DNA of 64,000 nucleotides from an uncultured Rivularia sp. (GCA_963665115.1 OY762007.1:1728001-1792000), one strand, 5' to 3'. Shown: positions 31,685 to 43,472, numbered from the stretch's first letter. Made by a program: numbers and translations. Notes: generated by a model not told the origin, from the letters alone.

Positions 31685-32272
31685 TTACCCTCCTGGTGCT
31701 GCACCACCACCTCCACCACCAATAATCAAATTCGCCAAAATATCGCCCACTGTCACCGCAATCAAAATAATCATTGGTGTACGGGCTAAATTTTGCCAAT
31801 CTTCATCCTGCCGAGAAGCTTGAATCACCTTCACTAGCGATATTCCTAAGTAAATTAGAAACAATCCTCGCAACACATTAAATACCAATGGAATTGCTTC
31901 TCCTGCACCTGTAAATTGTCCTGTCATCCAGGTTTCTGCGTTCTGAAAAAACTGTGCTTGTGCTGGTATTGATAGGGCATCTAGCAAGAAAAACGTACCC
32001 ACGATTATGAATATAGGTGTGGATAATCTATAATGCCGATAAAGCTTTGAGAGAAAAATAAACAGCCTATCAAGATTGTGTCGCCAAGCTATTGCAGTTG
32101 TTCCAAAAAACAAGAAAGTTAATGTTGCAATACTTGCGATGCTTGGATTAATTATTGTATTGAGTACTGCGATCGCAATTGCAACAATCCATAAAGATAA
32201 ATTAGATATTGAGTTTGATGAGGGATAGTGTTTGGGGGACATCAAAAAAATATGGGGTATTCTCAAAGACAT
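31685..32272 (-). CDS. Pilin-like (VirB2-like) membrane protein
   Basis: PAQAQFF processing-like site followed by two hydrophobic helices; first gene of the operon. Confidence 0.55.
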   Translation of the reverse strand: MSLRIPHIFLMSPKHYPSSNSISNLSLWIVAIAIAVLNTIINPSIASIATLTFLFFGTTAIAWRHNLDRLFIFLSKLYRHYRLSTPIFIIVGTFFLLDALSIPAQAQFFQNAETWMTGQFTGAGEAIPLVFNVLRGLFLIYLGISLVKVIQASRQDEDWQNLARTPMIILIAVTVGDILANLIIGGGGGGAAPGG

Positions 32273-32662
32273 GATTTTTCAAACCCAATCATTTTCTATA
32301 TCTTTGATAACTTGTTTCATCTTCAAATTTAATCAGCCGATTTAGGTAAATTAAAATCGCTTTTTCTCTGATTAAATATTATTAAACAAGACCACAAACA
32401 TTACATTGTTAAAATATATTCTTATGTATTAATACGCTTTTATGTTTTACTGGGGTATGAAATTATTGTTCATTAATTTATTAAAACGTGAAATTACATA
32501 AACTAAAAATGAAATAAATACTAACTATTTATGTATACTACTTAATTAAATCACCATGCCTGATGTTATGCGAATTAAAAATAGCCCAGAACTTATAATG
32601 TTTGGGCTACAACTAAAATCGTCAATATTTTCTGCAATTATCACATACTTACAAAATTTGTT

Positions 32663-33839
32663 TTATAAATCGTATTCACTTTCCAAAAAAGACAGTATAC
32701 GTTCTTGTTTAGATGTAAGATTAGCAGGGTCATGTATTCTTGAAAGCGCCTCAAGTACAGCTATATGAGTGGGATCACCGTCTTTGCAAACTATATCCGC
32801 TAATCGCCGAATACGTTGACAATTTTGAGCAGCAATTTCTTCAGATGCTGTATATGTTGGTTCCAAATTTTCTGGTTTGACTGTGGGTAAGTCCATTTTC
32901 CACATCCTAATAGCACAACTATGAAGATTCACCGCATTAATTATGCACCAACATCGGGAATATTGTCTTAAATCTGGATCGCCTTTAGAAATAATTTGAC
33001 AAACTTCACCTACAATTCTTGGATTAGGAACGCGCTGTTTGTCTTTAATTTGTTGAACAATACTTGTATTTCCTCGTTTATTATCAAATATCTGTTGAGC
33101 TAAAGCACTTCCTTGAGTATGCACTACTTGAGCTAGGGATAGAATATCTTCTTTGGTCATCTTGGGGCTACGAGATAAAATTGAGTGCTTAACTTTTTCT
33201 CCTAAACCATCAGCTAAAGTGTCTAATGCTTGGCTTAATTTTGCATCGTTCTTGATTGTTCTGGGACTAACTTTATATTCAGCAGCTAAAGATTTCGCTT
33301 TGTCCCATCGAGATAGCATCTTCTAATTCTTCTTCCGAAGTGCAAAACTTGCACTTCGGGGAATTCTGTTTTAAATTATCTTCACGATTACCCTTCAAAT
33401 GCAGATAGCGTTTACCTCGGAGGTAACTAGCAACTTCTGGTGTAGTATTGCGCCGCCCTAATTGATTATTAACTATCCAGCAAATAGCATTATCTCTGGA
33501 TGGCATATCAATTTCTACAATTTTGTACGGAATTTGATTTTTAGTACAAATTTCATAGCGGTTGTGTCCATCTAAGATAATAGACTTACCTTTCCAAACT
33601 ATCAAAGGGTCAATACAACCAAATTCTTTTAAATTTGCTTCCAATTGTGTTTTCTCTTCTACAGAGAGTGGAGGAATTAGATTTTTAAATTCAGAGTCAA
33701 TCTGAAGTTCTACGTTGAATGAGGGTGGTATTGATGGTGTAACTCTTTCTTCGTTTTCTTCGACAGTCTTTGCTTGTAGATCCTGTTGTTCGTCACAAAT
33801 TATTGAAGCTGAATTTATACTCATAATTATTCCGCTCAC
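32663..33839 (-). CDS. ParB/Srx-like protein, frameshift near 33310
   Basis: LDGHNRY and NQLGRRN in the first part; HTH AKSLAAEYKVSPRTI in the second. Confidence 0.8.
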
Positions 33840-33879
33840 GAGTTCTATTTTTTTAAAGTGAAGATTGTTGTCGTAAATT

Positions 33880-35227
33880 TCATTCCATTAGAGACGCAAT
33901 AGCTCCATAAGATTTGTCAAATAGAACAGTGGCTGTTCCAGTTTCTCCATGTCTTGCTTTAGCTACAATCAGTTCTAATATTTTTTGGTCTGAAGTATTC
34001 GGGTTATAGTACTCGTCCCTATATGCGAGGATAATGTTATCGGCAACCATCTCTAATATCCCCGACTGGCTAAGATCGCTCATTGTTGGACGCTTAACTG
34101 GTCTACTTTCGACAGCCCGATTAATTTGGGAAAGTGCTAATACGGGAACATCTAAATCACCTGCCATTTTATAAAGTTCCCTTGCTACTTCTCCTAACTC
34201 ATAACTACGATTACCGCTCAAGTCGGAAGCCATCATCTGTAGGTAATCAATTACAACTAACCCTATTTTTCCTTTCTTACTTTTGATTTGACGACATTCA
34301 TGGGCAATGTCAGAGACTTTAACTCCCCTACTGTCACTAATGTAGAGTGGGAAAGTTGATGCAATATTGACAATCTTGTTGATATTGCTTAATTCCCAAT
34401 CAGCCAAGCTTTCACTCAAAGCTCGGTGTCTGCGGATGCGGTCACTTTGTATCGGAACAAGGTCGCAATTTTTATAATCGGAAGCAATACTGATCAAACT
34501 CCATAAGCGATATTCCAATTGCTTTTTAGTCATCTCTAATGAAAAAAATATTACCGGGAGAGAATGGCTTAATATCATCTTCAATGCAAGGCTTAGGGAA
34601 ATGGCACTTTTACCCATTGACGGTCTACCTGCAATTAAAGTCAGCGTACCTGGTTCAAATCCTACTATCAACTTATCTAATTGGTTAAATCCGGTCGAAT
34701 AGATCGGATTAACGTTTTCAATTTCCTCGTAAGCAGCAACGGCGATCGCGCTATTATGTTCAGTATTTGAGCAAAGTCTTTGATTGAAAATTTGAAAAAT
34801 TTTTTGTTCGGAGCTATCTAATATCTGTGGTAAGTCAATTTCTGTCTGATAGCCGAGTTGAACGATTTCATTACCCGCTCTTATCAATTGCCTCCTTCTA
34901 TACTTTTCCATAATTAAATCGGCAAGAAAATCAATGTTTACAGCCGATACCGTTCGGTCTACAAGTGATGCTAATTTATTCCTACCACCTACCCGAATAA
35001 GTAAATTATGGTCATCTAACCAACTGATAATTGTGAGTAAATCTGTTGGTTTACCTTGACTATCAAGTTCTAATGCAGCATCATAAATTTCTTGGTGAGC
35101 TTTGATATAAAAAGCTTCTGGAATTAAGTGAGAACGAACTCGTACAATAGCTTGGGGGTTTAGAAGTATTCCGCCGAGGACAGCTTATAGAGGCTTCTAT
35201 ATTTGCAGGGGGCATTTGATCAATCAT
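33880..35227 (-). CDS. dnaB: Replicative DNA helicase DnaB, frameshift near 35185
   Basis: AGRPSMGKS, FSLEM, IDYLQ, LSQINR, KARHG; the N-terminal domain (AVLGGILL, EAFY..AHQ) lies upstream of the tracked ORF. Confidence 0.9.
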
Positions 35228-35654
35228 TTTATTCACACTCATTCTTAAGATTGCAGTTCAATTTTTTGTACGATTTTAAGAAGAACTTTCTTGTATCAGC
35301 GATTCCTTACAAGCAACTGTAGCTGCAACGGTTTGTTCTTCTAGCTCACGTTTCCATTTTTCTACTTGCTCTCTTGCTTGTATGCGAGAAAGTTCTTCTT
35401 GATTCCTAGAAATTTGTGAAGCTTTATAAAAACGGTAGTGAACTTCCCAGCGATTTTCTCCAGCTTTGGTATTACTTGCTAACCACGCTTCTAAGTCAAT
35501 CACCTCCTGACTAAGACTTTTCGTTTTTTCTTGACAAAAATTCAAAAAACTCGCTCGCTCCTCATCTGAGAGAGTCTTTATAAAGTCTGAATAAGTCTTA
35601 ATAGTCTGAGGAGTTCTCAAATCGCCATCTGGCAAAGGTTCTGGCTGTTGTTCG

Positions 35655-35728
35655 TTTCCTATAGGAAATTGTGGTTTCCTATAAGAAACCTCAGTTTCCT
35701 CTACGAAACTCGGATTTCCTATAGGAAA
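35655..35728. repeat. Four palindromic iterons TTTCCTATAGGAAA at exact 20-bp spacing (putative origin)
   Basis: Copies start at 35655, 35675, 35695 and 35715. Confidence 0.85.
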
Positions 35729-35889
35729 CTCAGTATCTTTGTATTGGTCAGTGGTAATTTTGATTTTTACTTTCGATAACTTGTTAATCAATGCAAACCA
35801 ATTTGGTCTAATTTCTTAACTGCTTTTGATGCTGCTCCTTTGGAGATATTTAGTTCTTTCGCCATTTCCGTAATGCTGTATTCGAGATG

Positions 35890-35919
35890 GCGATACCTGC
35901 GGTGAGCTTCGCTTAACGC
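35890..35919. repeat. HIP1 site split by a 22-nt small dispersed repeat insertion
   Basis: GCGAT-acctgcggtgagcttcgcttaa-CGC. Confidence 0.75.
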
Positions 35920-36241
35920 CAAATGGATCGAGCGAACGCAAATAGTACAGCACCTTGATTTCGGCTCCAGTCAAGTTTTTCACAGTTTCCACCCATTCAT
36001 TGTGAATTAGACGATAAAAAAGAGGTGTTTTTTGTTTGTGTTCGCCAGAATTAGACTCGTTTTGTACGCAGCAATTGTTTTTAGTCATATTTTTTAGAAA
36101 GCCTGAAACATTTAAGCCGAGCTATTGGTCTACTAATTCGGCACTTGAAAATAGATGTCTCACCAAAGCTGTTGGTGCTATTATGTGGGTACTCAAAGCT
36201 AACTCATCCATCAATGAGGCATCTTTGTAAAAAAGTAAGCA

Positions 36242-36287
36242 TTGCTGAAATAGCAATTACAAAAATATAATATTGCTAACTTGGCAA
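36242..36287. promoter_or_regulatory. Two TTGC-N7-GCAA operator-like palindromes between divergent rep and HTH genes
   Basis: TTGCTGAAATAGCAA at 36242 and TTGCTAACTTGGCAA at 36273. Confidence 0.55.
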
Positions 36288-36310
36288 ACATTAAGTAAAG
36301 AAATGTTGCG

Positions 36311-36598
36311 ATGAGCCAGCACAGAGAAATTTTTAATCAGCTATTGTTGGCTTTTGATTATTCAGCCAAACAGGTGAGTGGTTGGACTGGAATTCATCAA
36401 AGTCGTCTCAGTCGATTTCGCACGGGAAAACTCGATTTAGAAGCAGGAGAATTTTTCAGCTTACTTACTTGTATGCCAAAAGAATTTCAAGATACTTTTT
36501 GGCTTAAGATTCGTGTGGAAGAAGCAGATTGGCGAACGAGAGTTTTATCTGCTAGTGATAACGAAATTGAAGAAATTCTTAGAGGGACTAGCAGATAG
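36311..36598 (+). CDS. XRE-like HTH repressor (probable frameshift near the C-terminus)
   Basis: AKQVSGWTGIHQSRLSRFRTG; resembles 15243..15590. Confidence 0.75.
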   Translation: MSQHREIFNQLLLAFDYSAKQVSGWTGIHQSRLSRFRTGKLDLEAGEFFSLLTCMPKEFQDTFWLKIRVEEADWRTRVLSASDNEIEEILRGTSR

Positions 36599-37957
36599 AT
36601 GGGCAAGCAGTGTGGGGCAAGCAAAAGTCGCTTCCTGACTTGTCTGTGCTAGGCTCAAGATTACTATTATCCTGCGATCGCCTATCGTTTAAAGTTTATC
36701 GAACTGTTGAGAAGAACAACAATTGAAACGAAAAAGAGCCGTTATTCCTTCAAAAGTTTAGCTATGTGGAGAGTCGTAAATTTTATTTTTGAACGACGCA
36801 ACTAAACGCATTTTCAGCTTAAATAATCGCTGCACTAAACGTAAACCTTGTTGCGTTATTAAAATACGAATCGCAACTACACGATTTTTTTCACTCATAA
36901 CTGTGGACTCCGAGTGTTCCTTAAATAGGGAATTAATTATCACTTAGTAGATGCCCGCATAATTTAAACCTATGCGGGTATTAAAATCCATCAACAAATT
37001 TTCTGATGGTTTTAACTGTAGCCGTAGACACCTAATTAAAAATGATGACTAAATTACACAGAAAACAAATCTACCTAAAGTGATAGTTGTTTTTTTATTC
37101 TTAACTTCCACAATTATTTTTTACGCTCAATAAAAAAGTTTTTATACAAATATTAATTTAAACAATCTATACAATTACGTAATCAGCTTTTAAATTCCTA
37201 ACCGTTAAACTCATATTTAACAGTTGATTAACTATAAATGTAAGCTACTCTACAAAAACAGATGTGTAGAAAATAAAACATTTTGAGCGAGCAAATATTA
37301 TTTTACTTATTCATTATGCATTGATTATTATCTGAAATATTTATAAATACGAGATTTTCAACAAATAAATCAAATTTTGTTGAAATTTTACTTAATTTCA
37401 GTATTCGGTTATCACTTTTATTTATGGATACTACAGCTTTTAACATTGATGTAGTCGATTATTATTCTTGAGTATTACTATGAGCGGATTTAAAGCAATA
37501 TCAACTTTTATTTATTTACGTAGCTGAATATTTTCTTATCATCTTTTATGATACAGCTTGATATTAACCTGTAATTCTTTATTAAGCGAAAAAATTGTCA
37601 AAATACAAATAAATATGTATAAATAGTTCAAAGAGCTTTTTTTTGATTCAAAACAGGTCTACTCGTATTAATCAGACGCGAGATTGTATGATGAACAACA
37701 TTTTTTCTGAATCTGCATAGTGGGGGCTTGCAATCAGAAGAAAGGTTTGTTTGGAGAACGCTGGTTTAACCGCTTTTTCTTAACTGTCTCGAACCTTACT
37801 TACTTCGAGACACAATCAAACTTGAAATTGTTTCCAATTGCAATAGTTTTAATTACGGTAAGTCCGAAAAAGATCGAAGAAAAACTATTACGAAAAAAAT
37901 CACGAAAAATTAATTCATTGCCTGCTGAAAAACAATAAAAATTTAGAGGTTAGTAAC

Positions 37958-38200
37958 TTGGCTAAGCGAACAATGTATAAGCTGCCACCTGATGCAGAAC
38001 TTTTGACGATTCAAGAAGCATCAAAAAGGTTAGGAAAAGGTTTTAGCCGTACTTCAATTCTTCGTCGAATTAGTTCCGGACAATGGAAAGAAGGTTTACA
38101 TTGGGTTGATGCAAGACGCAATGATTCAATGAATCGCCTTATCAAAATCAACGTTACTGCCGTGCTGAACGGATTTATAACTCCAGCAGCTTTTCGTTAG
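37958..38200 (+). CDS. Excisionase-like small DNA-binding protein
   Basis: LLTIQEAS.RLG...G.WKEG.HW; convergent with the integrase. Confidence 0.7.
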   Translation: MAKRTMYKLPPDAELLTIQEASKRLGKGFSRTSILRRISSGQWKEGLHWVDARRNDSMNRLIKINVTAVLNGFITPAAFR

Positions 38201-38243
38201 ATTTTCCTGGAAGGACAATTCAATCCCTCCAGACAGTTTTGAG

Positions 38244-39380
38244 TTAAGGAGCAGGTGGTCTACCTGTTCTATTAATTAATGTTTCATAAACTTTTAGGTA
38301 TGTTGCTTCATCAATCCAAGCTCGATATGTCTTGCAATGGGTGGTAACTGAATGTCCCATCAATTTTGCTCCAAAGTCGGGAGTGAATCCAAATTCAAAG
38401 CATCTACGTGCATAGCAGTGACGTAAATTATATGGGGGAAATGGAATTTTGAAATCGTAGAAAAATCCAGATACCTTGGTTCCAAGTTTGGCATTGGGGG
38501 AATCTTCGATTGATTTCAAATTGGGTAAGACGATTTCTTTAAGATTCCAATTGTGTGCCCATTCCAGATACAACGGATAAATAAATCGCTCTCCTGTTTT
38601 GGTTTCATCGCTAACTCGTGCAGTGGGAAAATCTAGCATATCAACATGAAATGCTTCATGGGGACGCAAACCGTATGCCGCACACATCCCGTATATCCAC
38701 TGCCAACCGGGGCTGGTAATTCTGTCTCGCCATTGAACTATCTGCTCGTCTGTTGGTAAACTTCTTGGCGATACTGTTCCAGGTGAATAACTACCAGTCA
38801 GTTCTTTGATTGCTTCTAAATTTTCAAGCTTGGCGAATTTAGCTAGTCTACCCAAAATGTCACATACTCTTTTACGACTTCGCGTATCGGGTTCGGTAAG
38901 ACTTGCGAATTCGATTATCAAATCGATAGAAAGTTCTGCATCCGAGGCAAATTCGGCGAATTTTGGAAAAACAACTTGATAATCTTTCTTCCAGGTTGTT
39001 TCGGTTTGCTGGTTGCGCGATCGCCTTCTCCAATATTCGGTTTCAAACTTTTCTACCCAATCCGATACGGTTTCGGGTTTGGGCGATTGACTTAATTGCC
39101 ATTGTTCCCAACTAAATTGACATTTATCAAGTTCTACTCTTAAAGCACGAGCTTGTTGCTCTGCATACTGTAATCCTGCAATGGTAGCTTTAACTCCTTG
39201 AGGATTTTCTTTTGTTCTCAAAGAAAGCTTCTGCTGGTAGGGTTTAGTTTTACCCGAATTTGGCTTTGGTGGAAGCGTTCCTCTTAACCATAAGGTTCCT
39301 CCACGCTTCTCAATGCTGATGCCAGTATTTGAAGCCTTCAATCTACCATTTGCTTGAGCAAGACGATTATTAATGTCCAT
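38244..39380 (-). CDS. Tyrosine site-specific integrase (cyanobacterial type)
   Basis: YGLRPHE, KTG, NLRH..A.R, LMGHS...H..Y catalytic set. Confidence 0.95.
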   Translation of the reverse strand: MDINNRLAQANGRLKASNTGISIEKRGGTLWLRGTLPPKPNSGKTKPYQQKLSLRTKENPQGVKATIAGLQYAEQQARALRVELDKCQFSWEQWQLSQSPKPETVSDWVEKFETEYWRRRSRNQQTETTWKKDYQVVFPKFAEFASDAELSIDLIIEFASLTEPDTRSRKRVCDILGRLAKFAKLENLEAIKELTGSYSPGTVSPRSLPTDEQIVQWRDRITSPGWQWIYGMCAAYGLRPHEAFHVDMLDFPTARVSDETKTGERFIYPLYLEWAHNWNLKEIVLPNLKSIEDSPNAKLGTKVSGFFYDFKIPFPPYNLRHCYARRCFEFGFTPDFGAKLMGHSVTTHCKTYRAWIDEATYLKVYETLINRTGRPPAP

Positions 39381-39492
39381 AAAAATTTACCCCAAAGATT
39401 TTAAGGGACTGTTTTTTATAGAAGATGTCACCCAATTTCAAACGGACGAACACGCAATACTCTACTGAGCAGTTTTTCCTAGTCCTTAAATG

Positions 39493-39528
39493 GTAGCTAA
39501 AACTGTGACTAAATTTGTGACTAAAATC
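39493..39528. repeat. Three 12-bp direct repeats (GTGACTAAA core), candidate integrase arm sites
   Basis: gtagctaaaact gtgactaaattt gtgactaaaatc between the integrase and the tRNA. Confidence 0.55.
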
Positions 39529-39632
39529 GTGGGTTGATTCTACCCCATTTGACCTAAAATGGTACAAACGAAGAATCCACTCCTGGAAGCTAGAAGGCGC
39601 TTGGGGAGGGGGAAACAACGGAATATAAACAA

Positions 39633-39704
<72 letters not shown>

Positions 39705-40292
39705 GCACAATAGAGTTTTTATCTTACCAAAATTTTATTTATAAATCTACCCCTTTGTAGATTATTTTGTGAAATACCTTCAAGAGATTAAGGATAAGCA
39801 GTAAAAAACCTTGTCGAAGGAAAATACAACTGTAGGGAATTGAATTCAAAACGCAGAAAACTATGTTTTTTGATAACAGTCTTAGAAGCAGTATGAGTCT
39901 ACAATCACCATTCCGACTTGCTATTTAACCACAAACCTTTGAGAGGATGTCTAAAACACCATATTTTTTCGTTATTCACCCACCCATTGCATTACCTCAC
40001 ATTTGTGCTAGGATTTTCGGTTACGTAGAATACATATTTTTCTCTGTAGAAACAGTATTTATACTCTTTAAGAGATCGGTACTGGAAAACATTAAACATA
40101 ATATATTTATATCTTAGGATAGATGAAAAACATAAAAAAGGCTCTTGATAGTATAAGATATTGAAGATAAATCTCGGTTTTTACTTACAAAATTGAGGCA
40201 TTAGTAAATATACATAACCTTAAAATTATTGAGGGCTTGGCAGTATGAATATGCTACTAAAGAAGCATTAACTACCATCAAATTAGTAAGTT

Positions 40293-41144
40293 ATGACTAC
40301 AAAGGAGAATTGGACATTAAGACTCGTATTAGATTGGTATCACCATCATATGAAAGAAGTTTCGACCATAACTATTGCTCAGGTAACGGATATACATCTA
40401 TTTGCCTCGGAACAGAAGCAGCTACTGGGAATGCCTACCACAAAGTCTTTCCATGCAGTTATCGAGCGCTTAAAAAAACTGCGAGAGGAACTCGATATGC
40501 TGTTGTTGACGGGAGATTTGTCAGGTGATAGTACGTCACAATCTTATGGTAATTTGCAAAATATGCTGAGTCCCCTATTTCTTCCTAGTTATTGGCTGCC
40601 AGGAAATCACGATGATTTCACAATAATGAATGAAGTTCTAAATCTGGGGCTGGTTTCTCGCCGTAAATGTTTTGAGCGCGGTGGATGGAATTTTGTATTG
40701 TTAGATTCTTCGGTACCTGGTGAGGTGCATGGTTATCTACGCCGCGAAACTTTGGAATGGCTAGATCTACAATTAAGTATGACGAGCGATCGACCAACAG
40801 CAGTAGCACTTCATCATCCTCCCTTCCATGTAAATTCTTCTTGGTTAGATAACAGTAGCTTGCAAAACTCCGAAGAATTTTGTGCAGTTTTAGATAAATA
40901 TCCGCAAGTTCGATTGGTGTTGTTTGGTCACATACATCAAGAATTTTATACTCAACGGCAGGGTGTTGATTATTTAGGAACTCCTTCAACCTGCGTTCAG
41001 TTTCAGCCAAGAAGCAAAAAATTTGCTCTTGACCAAAAATCACCAGGATTTCGCTTGATGAAACTTTACCCTAATGGAACTTGGGAAAGTTGGATTGAAA
41101 GAGTTCCGTATTTTCACACTGTAGAGTTAGCAGCAAATGGATAA
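40293..41144 (+). CDS. cpdA: 3',5'-cyclic nucleotide phosphodiesterase (likely start 40350)
   Basis: D.H, TGD, PGNHD, HH and FGHIH metallophosphoesterase motifs. Confidence 0.9.
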   Translation: MTTKENWTLRLVLDWYHHHMKEVSTITIAQVTDIHLFASEQKQLLGMPTTKSFHAVIERLKKLREELDMLLLTGDLSGDSTSQSYGNLQNMLSPLFLPSYWLPGNHDDFTIMNEVLNLGLVSRRKCFERGGWNFVLLDSSVPGEVHGYLRRETLEWLDLQLSMTSDRPTAVALHHPPFHVNSSWLDNSSLQNSEEFCAVLDKYPQVRLVLFGHIHQEFYTQRQGVDYLGTPSTCVQFQPRSKKFALDQKSPGFRLMKLYPNGTWESWIERVPYFHTVELAANG

Positions 41145-41177
41145 TGACAGTGAGCAGTTATCAGCTATTGGTAATTG

Positions 41178-41768
41178 TTAAACTTTTACTTCGTCGGCAA
41201 AGCTGTGCCAGCGGACAAATTGAAATGGTCCTGCTACCGAACCCCAAATGTGTTCGTCGTTTTCTAAGTCTCTTCCTTTGTCTCTGCTGATAAATTTTTC
41301 TGTGTCAATTTCAAATTCGCTGTCAAGGTAAGTATTTTGTCCTTTACGAAATACAATACAGCTTTTGCCTGGTTCTACCATCCCTTTGAAACTGTGACCA
41401 GTCCATTCTACAATCATGTTACAGCCAGATAGTTTCTCCAAATCATTCTGCTTTAATGCTTTGAGACGCTCCAAGTCGCGGGATGCACCCCCAAATTTTT
41501 CCGCATCTTTAACTCTATAATTTTCAATTTCTATATGGTCCCCTGCATCAACTAATTTATTAACTGCAACACGATAGGGGTCATTAAGCATATAATCATA
41601 AGCTTGCTCAACATAAAAGCTTACCCCCGACAATAAATTATGCGGTAGAGGACGCATACATACCCGAATATGAGCGAAAAAGGGCGGATTTTCAAAAGCT
41701 TGTTCTTGATTGCTGAAATCAGAAGCCATCCAGCGAGCTAAGGTTGGTATATCAGTAGAGTGCGACAT
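41178..41768 (-). CDS. cpcT: Phycobiliprotein lyase CpcT/CpeT
   Basis: FSNQEQAFENPPFFAHI, EQAY, PYR, IWGS. Confidence 0.92.
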   Translation of the reverse strand: MSHSTDIPTLARWMASDFSNQEQAFENPPFFAHIRVCMRPLPHNLLSGVSFYVEQAYDYMLNDPYRVAVNKLVDAGDHIEIENYRVKDAEKFGGASRDLERLKALKQNDLEKLSGCNMIVEWTGHSFKGMVEPGKSCIVFRKGQNTYLDSEFEIDTEKFISRDKGRDLENDEHIWGSVAGPFQFVRWHSFADEVKV

Positions 41769-42122
41769 TATATAGAATATATATTGTGGTTAAAAGTTTT
41801 CCAGATAAAGGTATATTACCAACTGAAGTACCTGTTTGTTTCGCTACGCGCAACGAATTTAAACAAGTTTTCTTCTTGCAAAACTATAATCTACTAATTG
41901 CCCGTGTGAGGTTTTCTCTGGGGCAAGTTGAATAATTTCTTCTAAATCAGCGCAAATTAGGAAAAAATCAGGAGAATGGAAGTTAATCTTCAATATGCAG
42001 ACTTTTCACGGATTTGAAATATCGATGGAGAAAGTTGTAAAAGATATTGGTCTTTCGTTTTAGTTGATATGGAATAGTTCTTATAATTGTTATGCTAAAA
42101 TCCCATTCCCTATTCTAAGAAA

Positions 42123-43472
42123 ATGATAAATATACAACGTTTTAGTATTACAATTGCTACAACCATTACAATTTGTTTGCTTTCGACTTCGTTGACGTTA
42201 GCGAAAGAAAAAAAGCCCAAGCCACCAAAAGAATTTCCACCAAATCCATTAGAGATTACCGTAACCGATCCATTGCTACCGGCTCGGGCTAATCAACAAT
42301 CTTTAAGTGGTGAGGAAAAGCGTTCTTTGGAAGCGGCTTTGGATAAACTTAATCTAGAAGCAACTGCAAAACTGCAAGCGGGAGATACTCCAGGAGCATT
42401 TGCAACTTGGAATAGAGAACTACGTTTACGTCGCTATTTGGGTACTTTGGCAGAAATTGAAGCACTACAGCGGGTTGGTGGAATTGCTTACACTAAAAAC
42501 AATCGCCAGCAAATAAGATATATTACCGAGCGATTGCAAACAATTCAAAAACAGGTTCAACAAGAGCAAACACCGAATTTGCAAGTATTGCAGGCTTTGG
42601 GTGAAGCTTACCGTCAAGTGCGATCGCCTTTGTTTGCGGTGGAAGCTTACAATCAAGTTTTGATAATTGTCCGAGGAAGTTCGGATATTGCAACAGAGAT
42701 AGAGGCTTTGAAAACAATTGGAAAAATTCATCTTGATTGGTTTGATTATCCAGCAGCTGCAACGACTTACGAACAATTAATAAATTTAGTTAATAATAAT
42801 AGCGATATTGAAGAATCTTTAAAAGATTTAGCTTACATTTATGACCGGACAAAACAGCCTTTAAAAGCAATAGATGTACGTAAAAAACTATCGTTAGTTT
42901 ACCGTCAAATAAATGATATTGCACAGTTATCGGCATTGAAATTAGCTATAGGTTCGGATTACGAAGCTTTGGCAAAAGAAAATCCTAATTTTGTCGATGA
43001 AGCTTTTAAAAATTATCAAGAAGCCTATACTATGGCTTGGGATTTTCAACAGTATGTACGTGCTGCTGAAGCTTTACAAAAGTTAGTTTCCTTGTATGTT
43101 GCAGAAAATCAAACAGAAGATGCTTTGCAAACAAGTCAGATTTTATTACAAGCAGAAGAACGAGCTGCTAACTTCTACGGTATGATGAATGCCTACGAGC
43201 AAATAGGTAAAATTCATTTACAGCGTCAAGAAAATCAATTGGCTCTTGCAGCTTTTCAAAAAGGATTAGAATTAGCGCAGCAATTAGGTTCTGAAACTGA
43301 TGAATTAAAAGAGCAAATTCAAAAAATATCGGGAAGAAACTTGAAACTGTTGAGATTATGCCGCCCTAATTTGCTACAGCATTCTCTTGTGAAAGCCGAT
43401 TTTCTTGAAAAATTGTCAATATTTGAGTTGAAACTATATTTTCGCTCGTTTTTTAGGAACCATCACTTTTAA
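42123..43472 (+). CDS. Exported TPR protein (C-terminal ~45 aa may be frameshift read-through)
   Basis: Signal peptide, TPR helices. Confidence 0.8.
   Translation: MINIQRFSITIATTITICLLSTSLTLAKEKKPKPPKEFPPNPLEITVTDPLLPARANQQSLSGEEKRSLEAALDKLNLEATAKLQAGDTPGAFATWNRELRLRRYLGTLAEIEALQRVGGIAYTKNNRQQIRYITERLQTIQKQVQQEQTPNLQVLQALGEAYRQVRSPLFAVEAYNQVLIIVRGSSDIATEIEALKTIGKIHLDWFDYPAAATTYEQLINLVNNNSDIEESLKDLAYIYDRTKQPLKAIDVRKKLSLVYRQINDIAQLSALKLAIGSDYEALAKENPNFVDEAFKNYQEAYTMAWDFQQYVRAAEALQKLVSLYVAENQTEDALQTSQILLQAEERAANFYGMMNAYEQIGKIHLQRQENQLALAAFQKGLELAQQLGSETDELKEQIQKISGRNLKLLRLCRPNLLQHSLVKADFLEKLSIFELKLYFRSFFRNHHF

Larger units (their letters stand above)
35276..36088 (-). pseudogene. Phage/plasmid-type HTH replication initiator, disrupted
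   Basis: YLRSLDPFG(DR) then HTH ITEMAKELNISKGAASKAVKKL once the HIP1 insert is removed; internal iterons; directly upstream of dnaB. Confidence 0.7.
1..39632 (-). mobile_element. Integrative conjugative element integrated at the 3' end of tRNA-Cys (left boundary outside the window)
   Basis: Tyrosine integrase and excisionase directly downstream of tRNA-Cys, followed by rep/DnaB/ParB, a VirB4/VirB10/VirD4 operon, MobV relaxase and ParM; housekeeping genes resume on the other side of the tRNA. Confidence 0.88.

Noticed and set aside
23712..34662. GGTTCAAATCC matches near 23714 and 34652 as the second att site
   Set aside because: Only ~11-bp matches inside coding genes, lacking the rest of the tRNA 3' end; the real att is probably left of the window
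32663..39380. Prophage
   Set aside because: No capsid, terminase, tail or lysis genes; conjugation genes are present instead
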